Assembly (NCBI GenBank): GCA_036397095.1
Contig: DASWJQ010000057.1
Span: forward strand, 3,399 to 67,398
DNA: 64,000 nt
Direction of reading: 5' to 3'
From: Anaerolineales bacterium
Lineage (GTDB): Bacteria; Chloroflexota; Anaerolineae; Anaerolineales; E44-bin32
Shown here: piece after piece, positions 38,378 through 47,300 of the stretch
How positions within the stretch are numbered: the first letter of the stretch is position 1
Layout: each line of letters opens with the position of its first letter
Program-made: the position numbers and the translations under genes
Notes under the pieces: model-generated
The model's database searches: none
What the model was told of the DNA's origin: nothing
What the model saw: the letters and a program-made list of their open reading frames with translations, nothing else

Positions 38378-38404
38378 TACACCGTCTGGACCGGCCAGGT
38401 TCCC
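38378..38404 (-). promoter_or_regulatory. Putative autoregulated ECF promoter
   Basis: Minus strand GGGAAC-N16-GTGTA directly upstream of the sigma gene. Confidence 0.5.
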
Positions 38405-38447
38405 GATCGCCGGGGCAGCGCCGCCCAACCGGCGCGGTTCGGCCGCA

Positions 38448-38456
38448 TGCTACAAT
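38448..38456 (+). promoter_or_regulatory. Extended -10 promoter of thrC (leaderless)
   Basis: TGC-TACAAT lies 6 nt before the ATG at 38463; no SD. Confidence 0.6.
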
Positions 38457-38462
38457 CGCCGC

Positions 38463-39518
38463 ATGTCCGGCTGGCCAGGCGTGATCGCATCCTACCGTGA
38501 GCGCATTGACCTGCCCACCGGCGCTCCGATCATCACCCTGCTCGAAGGCAACACACCCCTGATCCCCGTGCCGCGGCTGGCCGCAGCGTTGGGGGCTGGC
38601 TCGCTCTACGTCAAGTTCGAGGGACTCAACCCGACTGGTTCCTTCAAGGATCGCGGGATGACGGTCGCCATCAGCCAGGTTGCGCACGTTGGCGTCCGAA
38701 CCGTGGTTTGTGCCAGCACCGGTAACACCGCCGCCAGCGCCGCGGCCTATGCCGCCCGCGCCGGCCTGCGCTGCCTGGTCCTTATTCCGGCCGGCCAGGT
38801 GGCGAGCGGCAAACTGGCCGGCGCCATCGCCTATGGTGCGGAGGTGCTGCAGATCGAGGGGTCCTTCGACCAGGCATTGGACTTGGTGCGGCAGGCCGCC
38901 GATAATCCCACCGTAGCGCTTGTCAATTCCATCAATCGATTCCGTCTTGAGGGCCAGAAGACCCTGGCCTTTGAAGTGGTGGACCAGCTTGAGGCCGCAC
39001 CCGATTGGCTGGCACTGCCGGTCGGCAACGCCGGCAACATCAGCGCGATCTGGCAGGGCTTCGGCCAGCTTGCCGGAGAGCATAGAATCGATCCGCCCCG
39101 CCTGCTTGGGGTCCAGGCGGCGGGGGCCGCACCCCTGGTCCTGGGCCACCCTGTCGCCGATCCGCACACGATAGCTAGCGCCATACGCATAGGCCGGCCG
39201 GCACGCGGCGAGCAGGCCTTGGAGGCGGCCGACCAATCCGGCGGACGAATCGTCGCCGTGGAGGACGAGGCCATCCTCGAAGCCCAGCGTTGGCTGGCAT
39301 CCGAAGGATTGTGGGTCGAACCGGCGTCGGCGGCCGGCTTGGCCGGACTGCGTCAGGAGGTCGAAGCCAGCCGGCTGTCCTTGGCCGGTAGCTGTGCCGT
39401 GATCGTGTGTACCGGCCATGGTCTGAAGGATCCGGCCGTCATAACGGATTCCTGGCCCGCGCCCCAAGTGATCCCTGCCACCCCTGAGGCCCTGCTCAGC
39501 GCGTTGGGCTCAGGCTGA
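38463..39518 (+). CDS. thrC: Threonine synthase
   Basis: EGNTPL, EGLNPTGSFKDRGM, ASTGNT, PVGNAGN, EPASA, TGHGLKD. Confidence 0.95.
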   Translation: MSGWPGVIASYRERIDLPTGAPIITLLEGNTPLIPVPRLAAALGAGSLYVKFEGLNPTGSFKDRGMTVAISQVAHVGVRTVVCASTGNTAASAAAYAARAGLRCLVLIPAGQVASGKLAGAIAYGAEVLQIEGSFDQALDLVRQAADNPTVALVNSINRFRLEGQKTLAFEVVDQLEAAPDWLALPVGNAGNISAIWQGFGQLAGEHRIDPPRLLGVQAAGAAPLVLGHPVADPHTIASAIRIGRPARGEQALEAADQSGGRIVAVEDEAILEAQRWLASEGLWVEPASAAGLAGLRQEVEASRLSLAGSCAVIVCTGHGLKDPAVITDSWPAPQVIPATPEALLSALGSG

Positions 39519-40426
39519 TGGACCGGTTTCGGCTGCGCGTCCCGGCAACGGCCGCCAACCTGGGGCCCGGCTTTGATAGTCTGGCGCTAGCCCTCCAACT
39601 CCACAACACGGTCGATGTTGAGCGACAAGCGAGCGGGCTATCATTTTCTATGACTGGCGAAGGAGCCGGAAGGCTGCCGGTCGACGAAACCAATTTGATG
39701 ATCCGGGCAGCCTGGCACACCTGGGAGCTGATGGGCGCTCCCCGCCTTGGATTCCGCCTGGCGGCGCACCACCAAATCCCGCCGGGCTCCGGCCTCGGCT
39801 CGTCGGCGGCGGCGGTAGTAGCCGGTGTGCTGCTGGCCGATGCCCTGGCTGGCCTTCAACTGGACCTAGCTCGACAGCTGGCGATCGCCGCCGAACTGGA
39901 AGGACATGCCGACAACGCCGCCGCCGCGTTGATGGGCGGGATCGTCGTGACGCGCTATCAGGCGGGCGAGGTCTTGGCCCGCCGGATCGAGCCCGCCTCA
40001 CAAAACGTGCTGGTTGTGGTCCCCGAGGTCGATCGCCCGACGACCGAAATGCGCCGGGTGCTGCCGGGCCAGGTCTCGCTGGCCAGCGCCACAGCCAACG
40101 CGGCCGGACTGGCCTTGACGATTGAGGCGCTGCGGCGCGGCGATCATGCCTTGTTGGCCCAAGCAGCCCGCGATGAACTGCACGAGCCGCACCGATTTCC
40201 GCTGCTGCCGGCGGCGGCCGAGGCCCGGCAGGCTGGCCTTGCTGCCGGCGCCAGCGCCGTAGTTCTGGCCGGCGCCGGACCTGGCCTGGTGGCGTTCGGG
40301 GAAGAAGGGTTGCAGGCTGTGGAGGCGGCCATGTGTGCCGCGTTTGGCCAAGCGGGCATCCAGTCTCGCGCCTTCCGGCTGCCGATCGATTACGAAGGCG
40401 CCCGTCTGACCTTTCCCAGCCACTAG
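39518..40426 (+). CDS. thrB: Homoserine kinase
   Basis: VPAT.ANLGPGFD, IPPGSGLGSSAAA, EGHADN, GAGP. Confidence 0.95.
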   Translation: MDRFRLRVPATAANLGPGFDSLALALQLHNTVDVERQASGLSFSMTGEGAGRLPVDETNLMIRAAWHTWELMGAPRLGFRLAAHHQIPPGSGLGSSAAAVVAGVLLADALAGLQLDLARQLAIAAELEGHADNAAAALMGGIVVTRYQAGEVLARRIEPASQNVLVVVPEVDRPTTEMRRVLPGQVSLASATANAAGLALTIEALRRGDHALLAQAARDELHEPHRFPLLPAAAEARQAGLAAGASAVVLAGAGPGLVAFGEEGLQAVEAAMCAAFGQAGIQSRAFRLPIDYEGARLTFPSH

Positions 40427-40427
40427 C

Positions 40428-41789
40428 TCAATCGAACGACCAGAAGGCCAAGTCCCCCTTCACCAGGCGCACCAACTCGAAGGTCTCGCCGATCGCCAAG
40501 CGCGCAATCCATCGATCGCCTCGTTGATCGACAATCGGCAGCACCATCCACCGGCCGTCGGGGGACCATAGACGGCTCGATCTTTGGTACTGGTCATAGA
40601 ACGGAAGCAGGCTGAGGAAGTCATCGGTTGGCTCAATTTCGGTCAACAAAACGGGTTGGCCCTGTGGGGGTTCGATGAGGTACAAGCGCAAGCGCCAGGC
40701 CACCCCTTGACGTGCGTAGCTCACCAAGGGATTGTCCTCGTGCGGCGCCAGCACCGGCACGATCGCCAGCAGCCGGTCGTCGACCGGCGACCAGAAAAAG
40801 GCGGCCACCGATTCAAGCCCACTCGGCACCAGCCGTGCACTCCCAGCGGTCGTCAGATCGAGCAGCATCAGTTCGCCGAAGCGCGCGTCGAGGATGTGGC
40901 TTTGCTCGACGAAGGCAGCCCAAGACCCACTGGGCGCCCAGGCGAAGGCCACCGTGCGGCCGACCTGGGCGACACGCTCCAGCGGACGACCTTCAGGATC
41001 CAACAAGAGCAGCCCACTGTCGCCACCGACCACGCTGGCGGCGACCAATGCCCGCTGGCCTTCCGGTGCGAAGGCCGGCGCCTGGAAGGATAGCGGCCGC
41101 AGGGCCAATGGGCGGCCATCGCCCGGTACCTCATCGAAACGTGTCACGCGGGCTTCAACTGGGCTGGCCGCCGCCGAGCCGCCGGCATGGGCCAGGAGCG
41201 AGCGGCCGTCGGCCGACCAAGCCCAATAGTAGGGCTGGCCGCGGTCGAGCAGGCTGGCCTCCCCCTGACCGTCGATAAGCCACACGGAAAGGTCGGCCTG
41301 GCGGGCATTCGAGGCCAAGAAGGTCAGCCGCTGCCCATCGGGCGACCAATAGAGATAGAAGGGAAGTTCCTCAGGGTGCTCAAACCAAGTCAAAGCCTCG
41401 GTTTGCTGATCAGCCACCAGGATCTGGCTCCGCTGAATGCCCCCCTCATCGCCGCTGATCCCGACAAAAGCGAGTTGGTTGCTGCCAGGCGCCCATGCCA
41501 GCGCTTCGTAGTACCGGAAGCCGGCCGAGGTTGTGTGCGGAGGCTGGGCATCGCTGGTTAGCGGCCGTTGGCCGCTGCCATCCGGCGCCATCAGGAATAC
41601 GTTGCCGTCCGTGCCCAGATAGGCAATTGTGCCAGGGATGGCGTCTTCGGGCTCCGTGGTGGTGGTCGCGACAGAAGGTGGGTCAATCCTCTGGTTGGAG
41701 CAGCCGACCAGCGCCAAAACCGCCAGGACGAACCAGGTGCGGCCCCCTTTTGCCCGCGCATGGGCGCCCGACGGCGACCTTGGGCTCAT
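40428..41789 (-). CDS. TolB-like (PD40) beta-propeller lipoprotein
   Basis: Lipobox LVGC; repeated WSPDG / WAPG / WSADG motifs. Confidence 0.85.
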   Translation of the reverse strand: MSPRSPSGAHARAKGGRTWFVLAVLALVGCSNQRIDPPSVATTTTEPEDAIPGTIAYLGTDGNVFLMAPDGSGQRPLTSDAQPPHTTSAGFRYYEALAWAPGSNQLAFVGISGDEGGIQRSQILVADQQTEALTWFEHPEELPFYLYWSPDGQRLTFLASNARQADLSVWLIDGQGEASLLDRGQPYYWAWSADGRSLLAHAGGSAAASPVEARVTRFDEVPGDGRPLALRPLSFQAPAFAPEGQRALVAASVVGGDSGLLLLDPEGRPLERVAQVGRTVAFAWAPSGSWAAFVEQSHILDARFGELMLLDLTTAGSARLVPSGLESVAAFFWSPVDDRLLAIVPVLAPHEDNPLVSYARQGVAWRLRLYLIEPPQGQPVLLTEIEPTDDFLSLLPFYDQYQRSSRLWSPDGRWMVLPIVDQRGDRWIARLAIGETFELVRLVKGDLAFWSFD

Positions 41790-41878
41790 GAGGAGGGATT
41801 CATTCCCTGGAGTCCGCTACAATGCACTTGCGAACCGGAAAATGGCAAGGTAACCCTTACTTGGAATTGAGGCATCCT

Positions 41879-42427
41879 ATGTACCTACCCAATCGAAGGA
41901 CCATCAAGATCGGCCTGGCTGTGATTTCCTTGCTGGCCGCAGCCTGTACCCTGCCGGGCGTCGCCCAGCCGACGGCCACCCCGACCGAGGTTCCGCCGAC
42001 CCCCACCCCTGAGCCGCCGACGCCCACGATCACTCTGTCGCCGGTGCCGACGGAAGGGGCCACCGCTGCCGCGACAGCCACCGTCGGCCCTTCGTTCAGC
42101 GGCGCCAATGTCTACGCCGTATCCCACCTGTCCGGCAATCGACTCCTGGTCACGGTCCAGGTACCGGGTGGCATTGAGGGCAGCTATAGGGCGACGGTGG
42201 GCTCCAGCTCGCTGGGCTGCGAGAAGCTGGCCGAATACCCCGATCGCCTGTACTGCTCCGGCCCCGAGCCCTACCAGAACGTGGGCTACGAGCACACGAC
42301 GATCTATGTCTTCGACCAGAGCAACGGGCAGCAGGTGATGCAGATCGACTTCAGCATCCCACCGTGGGCAACAGCAACGCCTTCGCCGACACCGACGTCG
42401 ACGTACACGCCAACAGCGACGCCTTAG
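41879..42427 (+). CDS. Pro/Thr-rich lipoprotein
   Basis: Lipobox LAAAC; PT/TP tracts flank a small domain with C...RLYC.GP. Confidence 0.75.
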   Translation: MYLPNRRTIKIGLAVISLLAAACTLPGVAQPTATPTEVPPTPTPEPPTPTITLSPVPTEGATAAATATVGPSFSGANVYAVSHLSGNRLLVTVQVPGGIEGSYRATVGSSSLGCEKLAEYPDRLYCSGPEPYQNVGYEHTTIYVFDQSNGQQVMQIDFSIPPWATATPSPTPTSTYTPTATP

Positions 42428-42429
42428 AC

Positions 42430-43092
42430 CTAGTGGGCGCCGTCGAGCGCCCGAAGAACGCCGACCGCTAGCCCGTCGCCGGCCGGGAATACGGTCGTGA
42501 TCCAGTGGCCGCTCCGGGCCAGACCGGCGTTGAACGCCCGGATTTGCTCGACCGAGGCGTCAGCCACGGCGTCGTCGGCCACCTTGCCGCCATAGCCAAA
42601 AGCGTTGTGGGCCACCAGCAGCCCGCCGGGGCGCAGGTGTTCGCTGGCCCACGCCTGATAGTGCGGGTAGTTGGGCTTGTCGGCGTCCAGGAACATCAGA
42701 TCATAGGGCGCAAAGCGGGCCAAGGACGGGAGCAGTTCGATGGCCGCGCCCACATGCACATCGATTTGGTCGGACAGACCGGCCCGGGTTAGATTGCGCC
42801 GCGCCACATCAGCGTGCTCTGGGTTGACCTCGACACTGTGCAGCTTGCCTCCCTCGGCCATGCCGCCGGCAATCCACGCCCCGCTGTAGCCGCCCAGCGT
42901 GCCGATTTCTAGGCAGGTTTTCGCCTGACAGGCCGCCGTCAGCAGCCGTAAGAACGCACCTTCATGCGGTTGAATGTGAATCGTGGGCAGTCCCTGGGAA
43001 GCCGCATCTTGCCGCAGCCGGCGCAGAGTCTCATCTTCGGCGACAAAGGTACGCTGGATGTAGTCCGCCAGCGGGGTTGGTTGGCTGCCCAG
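42430..43092 (-). CDS. Class I SAM-dependent O-methyltransferase (caffeoyl-CoA OMT/YrrM-like); start uncertain
   Basis: LEIGTLGGYS, YDLMFLDADK.NY, LRPGGLLVAHN, GDGL; SD GGAGGAGG precedes a CTG at 43092. Confidence 0.88.
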   Translation of the reverse strand: MGSQPTPLADYIQRTFVAEDETLRRLRQDAASQGLPTIHIQPHEGAFLRLLTAACQAKTCLEIGTLGGYSGAWIAGGMAEGGKLHSVEVNPEHADVARRNLTRAGLSDQIDVHVGAAIELLPSLARFAPYDLMFLDADKPNYPHYQAWASEHLRPGGLLVAHNAFGYGGKVADDAVADASVEQIRAFNAGLARSGHWITTVFPAGDGLAVGVLRALDGAH

Positions 43093-43170
43093 CCGAGCCT
43101 CCTCCCAGGACACCGCCCGGCGCGGGCACTTCCTGTCCGGGCAGTGGCCGTCATTATAATGCGGGCCATC

Positions 43171-44277
43171 ATGCCGCCTTCCCTCACCGATCAACTGTTC
43201 GCCTGGTACGGGCAGCAAGCGCGCGACCTTCCCTGGCGAGCCACGCGCGACCCGTACGCCATTTGGGTGGCCGAGGTCATGCTGCAGCAGACGCGGGTTG
43301 CCACCGTCGTCCCCTACTACCAACGGTGGCTCGACCGGTTTCCGACGATGGAACACCTGGCGGCCGCCAGCCAGGACGACGTGCTCAACGCCTGGGAGGG
43401 CCTGGGCTACTACCGGCGGGCGCACAACCTGCAGCAGGCCGTCCGCCTGGTCGTCGATCAGCATGCAGGCCGGCTGCCTACGACCAGCGGCGAACTGCGA
43501 CGGCTGCCGGGGATTGGCCCCTACACGGCGGCCGCCATCGCCGCCATCGCTTTCGGCCGCGATGAGATTGCCGTCGACGGCAACCTACGCCGGGTAATCG
43601 CAAGGTTGTTCGACCTCGACGCGCCGCTGGGCAGCGCCGAGGCTGAACAGGCGATCGCCGGAGCCGCCGCCAGACTGCTCCCGCCCGGCCGGGCCGGCGA
43701 TTTCAACCAGGCGCTGATGGACCTCGGGGCGCTGATCTGCACGCCCGCCAATCCGGAATGCCCTTCGTGCCCACTCCAAGCCGAGTGTCTCGCGCGCCAG
43801 CGGGGCACGCAGCATCAACGGCCGGTCAGGCCAACCAAGGGCGTGCTGCCCACGGTTGAACGCATTACGGCCGTGATCCTGCGTAACGGCCGCTACTTGG
43901 TCGGCCGGCGGCCAGCGGGGGGTCTACTGGGCGGGCTGTGGGAATTCCCGGGGGGCGACCTGGCAGGCCAAGAGAGCGTTGATAGTGCGCTGGTTCGTAT
44001 CTTGGAGTCGGATCTGGGTCTGGCGCTTGAGCGGGCCAGCCCGCGGGGCCGCTACCAGCACAGCTACACACACTTCCGGGTCACCGCCCATGTCTATCAG
44101 TGCCTTGTCGGCCCGGGCGAGCCGGTCTTGCAATCGCACGACGAACTGCGTTGGCTGGAAGCGGATTTGCTGACAGACGTTCCGATGGGCAAGATCGACC
44201 GCACGATTGCCGAGTCCCTAAACCACGAAGACCCGAAGAACACAAAGGGCTCCCCTAAGGGCACGAAGAAATCCTGA
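43171..44277 (+). CDS. mutY: A/G-specific adenine glycosylase
   Basis: RDLPWR, EVMLQQTRV, WEGLGYY.RA, LPGIGPYTA, VDGN, C.P..P.C..CPL...C, LWEFPGG. Confidence 0.96.
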   Translation: MPPSLTDQLFAWYGQQARDLPWRATRDPYAIWVAEVMLQQTRVATVVPYYQRWLDRFPTMEHLAAASQDDVLNAWEGLGYYRRAHNLQQAVRLVVDQHAGRLPTTSGELRRLPGIGPYTAAAIAAIAFGRDEIAVDGNLRRVIARLFDLDAPLGSAEAEQAIAGAAARLLPPGRAGDFNQALMDLGALICTPANPECPSCPLQAECLARQRGTQHQRPVRPTKGVLPTVERITAVILRNGRYLVGRRPAGGLLGGLWEFPGGDLAGQESVDSALVRILESDLGLALERASPRGRYQHSYTHFRVTAHVYQCLVGPGEPVLQSHDELRWLEADLLTDVPMGKIDRTIAESLNHEDPKNTKGSPKGTKKS

Positions 44278-44359
44278 GGCTGACTAACTTCCCTCAGCAG
44301 CGGGTGCTCTTCTTTGTGTTCCCTTTTGGCACCTTTGTGAACTTGGCGGCTTTGTGGTT
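44221..44359. repeat. AACCACGAAG...CTTTGTGGTT inverted-repeat element overlapping the 3' end of mutY
   Basis: AACCACGAAGACCCGAAGAACACAAAG at the left end; the right end reverse-complements to AACCACAAAGCCGCCAAGTTCACAAAG. Confidence 0.65.
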
Positions 44360-44369
44360 GCCCCGCGGC

Positions 44370-47300
44370 TCAGCCGTCGATCGACTCGACGCTGACCAGC
44401 ACGGCCCGCACCACCAAGCGATGCAAGTAGCTGCTGCTGCCGGCGTCGTAGGCCTCGCAGGTGACCAGCGTTAGCCAGTCCAACGTCTCGTGACGCAGCA
44501 CGCTCAGGTTTTCGGGCAGCACCCGCCGGACCTGGCGCACCTCGTACACAAAGCGCAGCCCCTGCGTCTCAATTTCGATCCGATCCCCCCAGACCAACTC
44601 ATCCAGGGTGGCAAACGGGCCTGGGGTGCCGCCGGGCAGCAGCACGTGGCCGGTCAGGGCTGTATTGCCCGGCAGTGTTGGGAAGGCGGTCCCTTCCAGG
44701 TAACCAACCTGGCCGGACAGCCAGGTCAGATCCCAGCCTTCGTCGTCGGTGGGCACACCGACAATGGCCGAGTTCAAGCGCAGCTTGTCGATCTTTAGGC
44801 GGAAGTCGGGCAGGGCGGTGACATTGGACTCGGACGGATCGGGCCCGCGCAGTGAGCGCGAAGTCGGCGGGAAGCCGGTGGCCGGCAGGCGCGGTGCGCT
44901 GACGGTGGCACTGGCGCCCACGCCGTAGACATCGACCGGCGACCCCGGATCATAGACCCGCTCGTTGGCCAGTTCGTTGTGGCTCGACAGGGCGAACGGT
45001 GCATCGAAATCGCCGGGCATGCTCGACCACTCGAGGAAGGCATCGTTGCTGACGCCCTGCCCCGGGGCGACCCCCTGCAGCCGGGCCTGGTATTGGATCT
45101 CGCTGCTGCCCTGGGGGAAGGAGTCCCAGGTTACCTGCAGCAGCGGTGCTCCGCCGTCGATTATCGTGGTTGGCGCTTGGCCAACACCGGTCCAGATCAA
45201 GGTGCCCGGTTCGTAGACCAGTTCCGGCGGCAAAGTGTCCTCAAGGATCAGGTCGAAGGCATCGCTGTCACTTTCGATATCGGATCCGATCTGAAGAGTG
45301 AAGGTCACCAGGCCGTTGTTAAGCACGACGGTTGGTTCGGCCGACTTATCCAGGGTCAGAGTCGGCTCGACCAGCTCGACCTCCGAGGCCGCCGCCGACA
45401 GGCCATCGCCCACCCAGGTGACCACGGCAGCGTTGTTGAGCAATCCGCCCCGCTGGTTGCCGAGTGAATCGAGCACGACCACGGTGTAGCGCAGCGTGAG
45501 AGTCTGGTCTTCATCGTCGCCGTTGGTGATGTTGTCGAAATCGAAGCTGATGGACCGCCCCTGATCGACCGGTTCCAGGCTGCCACCGGGGACGGCGCTC
45601 ACCGTGGCGTTGTTGCAGATGTCGCTCAGGCTGCCGACCGAGGCGGTCAGTGCCGGATCGGACGCGACCACAGGTTCGCAGGCGACGTAGGCCAAGCCCT
45701 GATCGAGTGTGTCGGTCAGGACGACGTCGGCCATCGTGCCCGCTGGGACGGTCAGGACCAGTTCATAGGTCAGGATTTCGCCGATAGCGGCATCGCCAGG
45801 GCCGGTGAAGATTTGGTCAGTGTCGTCCAAGCTCTTGACCAGATCGGCGTTGACGTCGGTGGCGATATTGTCGGTGTCCGTGGCCGTATTGTTGTCCAGG
45901 TCGGGCTCGGGTCCATTGGTGCCATCGTCGGCCACTGTCACCGTGTTGACAATCTGGGTCACGCCAGGATCGAGCGGGCTGTCAACCGTCACCTGGAAGA
46001 AGATCGTCAGGCCGTCACCGGCAACCAGATCACCTACGGTGAACTCACAGGCGCTGCCGGCGTTGTTGTCCGGCGTACACGACCAGCCCAATGTGCTGCC
46101 GGCCGGGTTAAAGATGGTGTTGGCCGGCACCATGTCGCTGACTACAACCCCGGTGGCGTCCTGATCACCGATGTTGGCGATGTCCATCTGATAGGTCAGC
46201 ACCGTGCCGTCCGAGATGATGCTGAGGCCGTCATCCTTGGTGATGCTCAAGTCGGGGAAGGCGCCCAGCGGCGTGTCGTCGCTATCGCTGTTATCGTCGG
46301 GGGTGGGCTCGATGCCGTTGGTGCCGTCGTCGCCGACGCTGGCACTGTTGCTAATCAACTCGACCAGCGCCGGCACCGTGCTATCGACGTCAACAGCCAA
46401 GGTCAGCACAATCGTCTGGCCGGCCGCCATGGCCCCCTGGTTGTAGCTGCAGGTGCTGCCGGCTGTGCCGTCGGGCAAGCAAACCCAACCCAGTGAACTC
46501 GACCCTGCGTTGAAGGTCGTGTACTGCGGGATTACATCGGTGATGACGACACCGGTGGCGCCGGCGTTGCCGACGTTTTCGATGGTCAGGGTGTAGGCGA
46601 TCGTGTCGCCGGGCACGGCGCTGATGCTGCCGTCATCCTTGGTCAGCGTCAGGTCGATGCCGGTGACCGTGACCGATTCTTCGGCCGAGCTGCTGTAGTC
46701 ATCCACACCGCCAGAGCCGTCGCGCTCGTTGGCATCGGCGCCGGGCACCGAGGTCCAGGACAGATCGGCCGTATTGTCAATGACATCGCTCACGTTGGCC
46801 GACGGCGGCAGATCAACCGTCGCCTGGTAGGTGAAGACCACACTGGCATCGTCCTGGCTCAAACTGCCGCTGAAGACCAGCGTCGGTGCACCGGCCTCAT
46901 TGGCCGTCCAGCCGGCCGGCGCGCTGGCCGAGCCGCCAACGTAGGTCAGGCCGGTCGGGATGGTGTCGGTAACGACCACCTCCTCGGCGTCGGCCGTGCT
47001 CGATCCTAAGTGGCTGACGGTCAGGGTGTAGGTGACCGTCTGGCCCAGGCCGGGTGTGTCGTCGTCGGCCAGCTTGCCGATTTGCAGCTCGGGCTCGACC
47101 AGCTCGACATCGACGCTGGCGCTGCCGGTTTCGCCGCCGGCGTCGACCACCACGTTGTTGGTCAGCTGATCGCCGTTCTGGTTGCCGCTGGTATTCTCGA
47201 CACGGGCCACGACCTGCAGCACGATCTGATCGTCGCTATCTTCGATATTGTCGGGCGTGTTGGTCACGTCGCCGAAATCGAACACGACCGTGTCTTCAAA

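Noticed and set aside
42964..43464. Long overlapping N-terminal extensions of mutY and the O-methyltransferase in the ORF track
   Set aside because: Family similarity starts only near 43171 (+) and 43092 (-); the extensions are open-frame artefacts of high GC.
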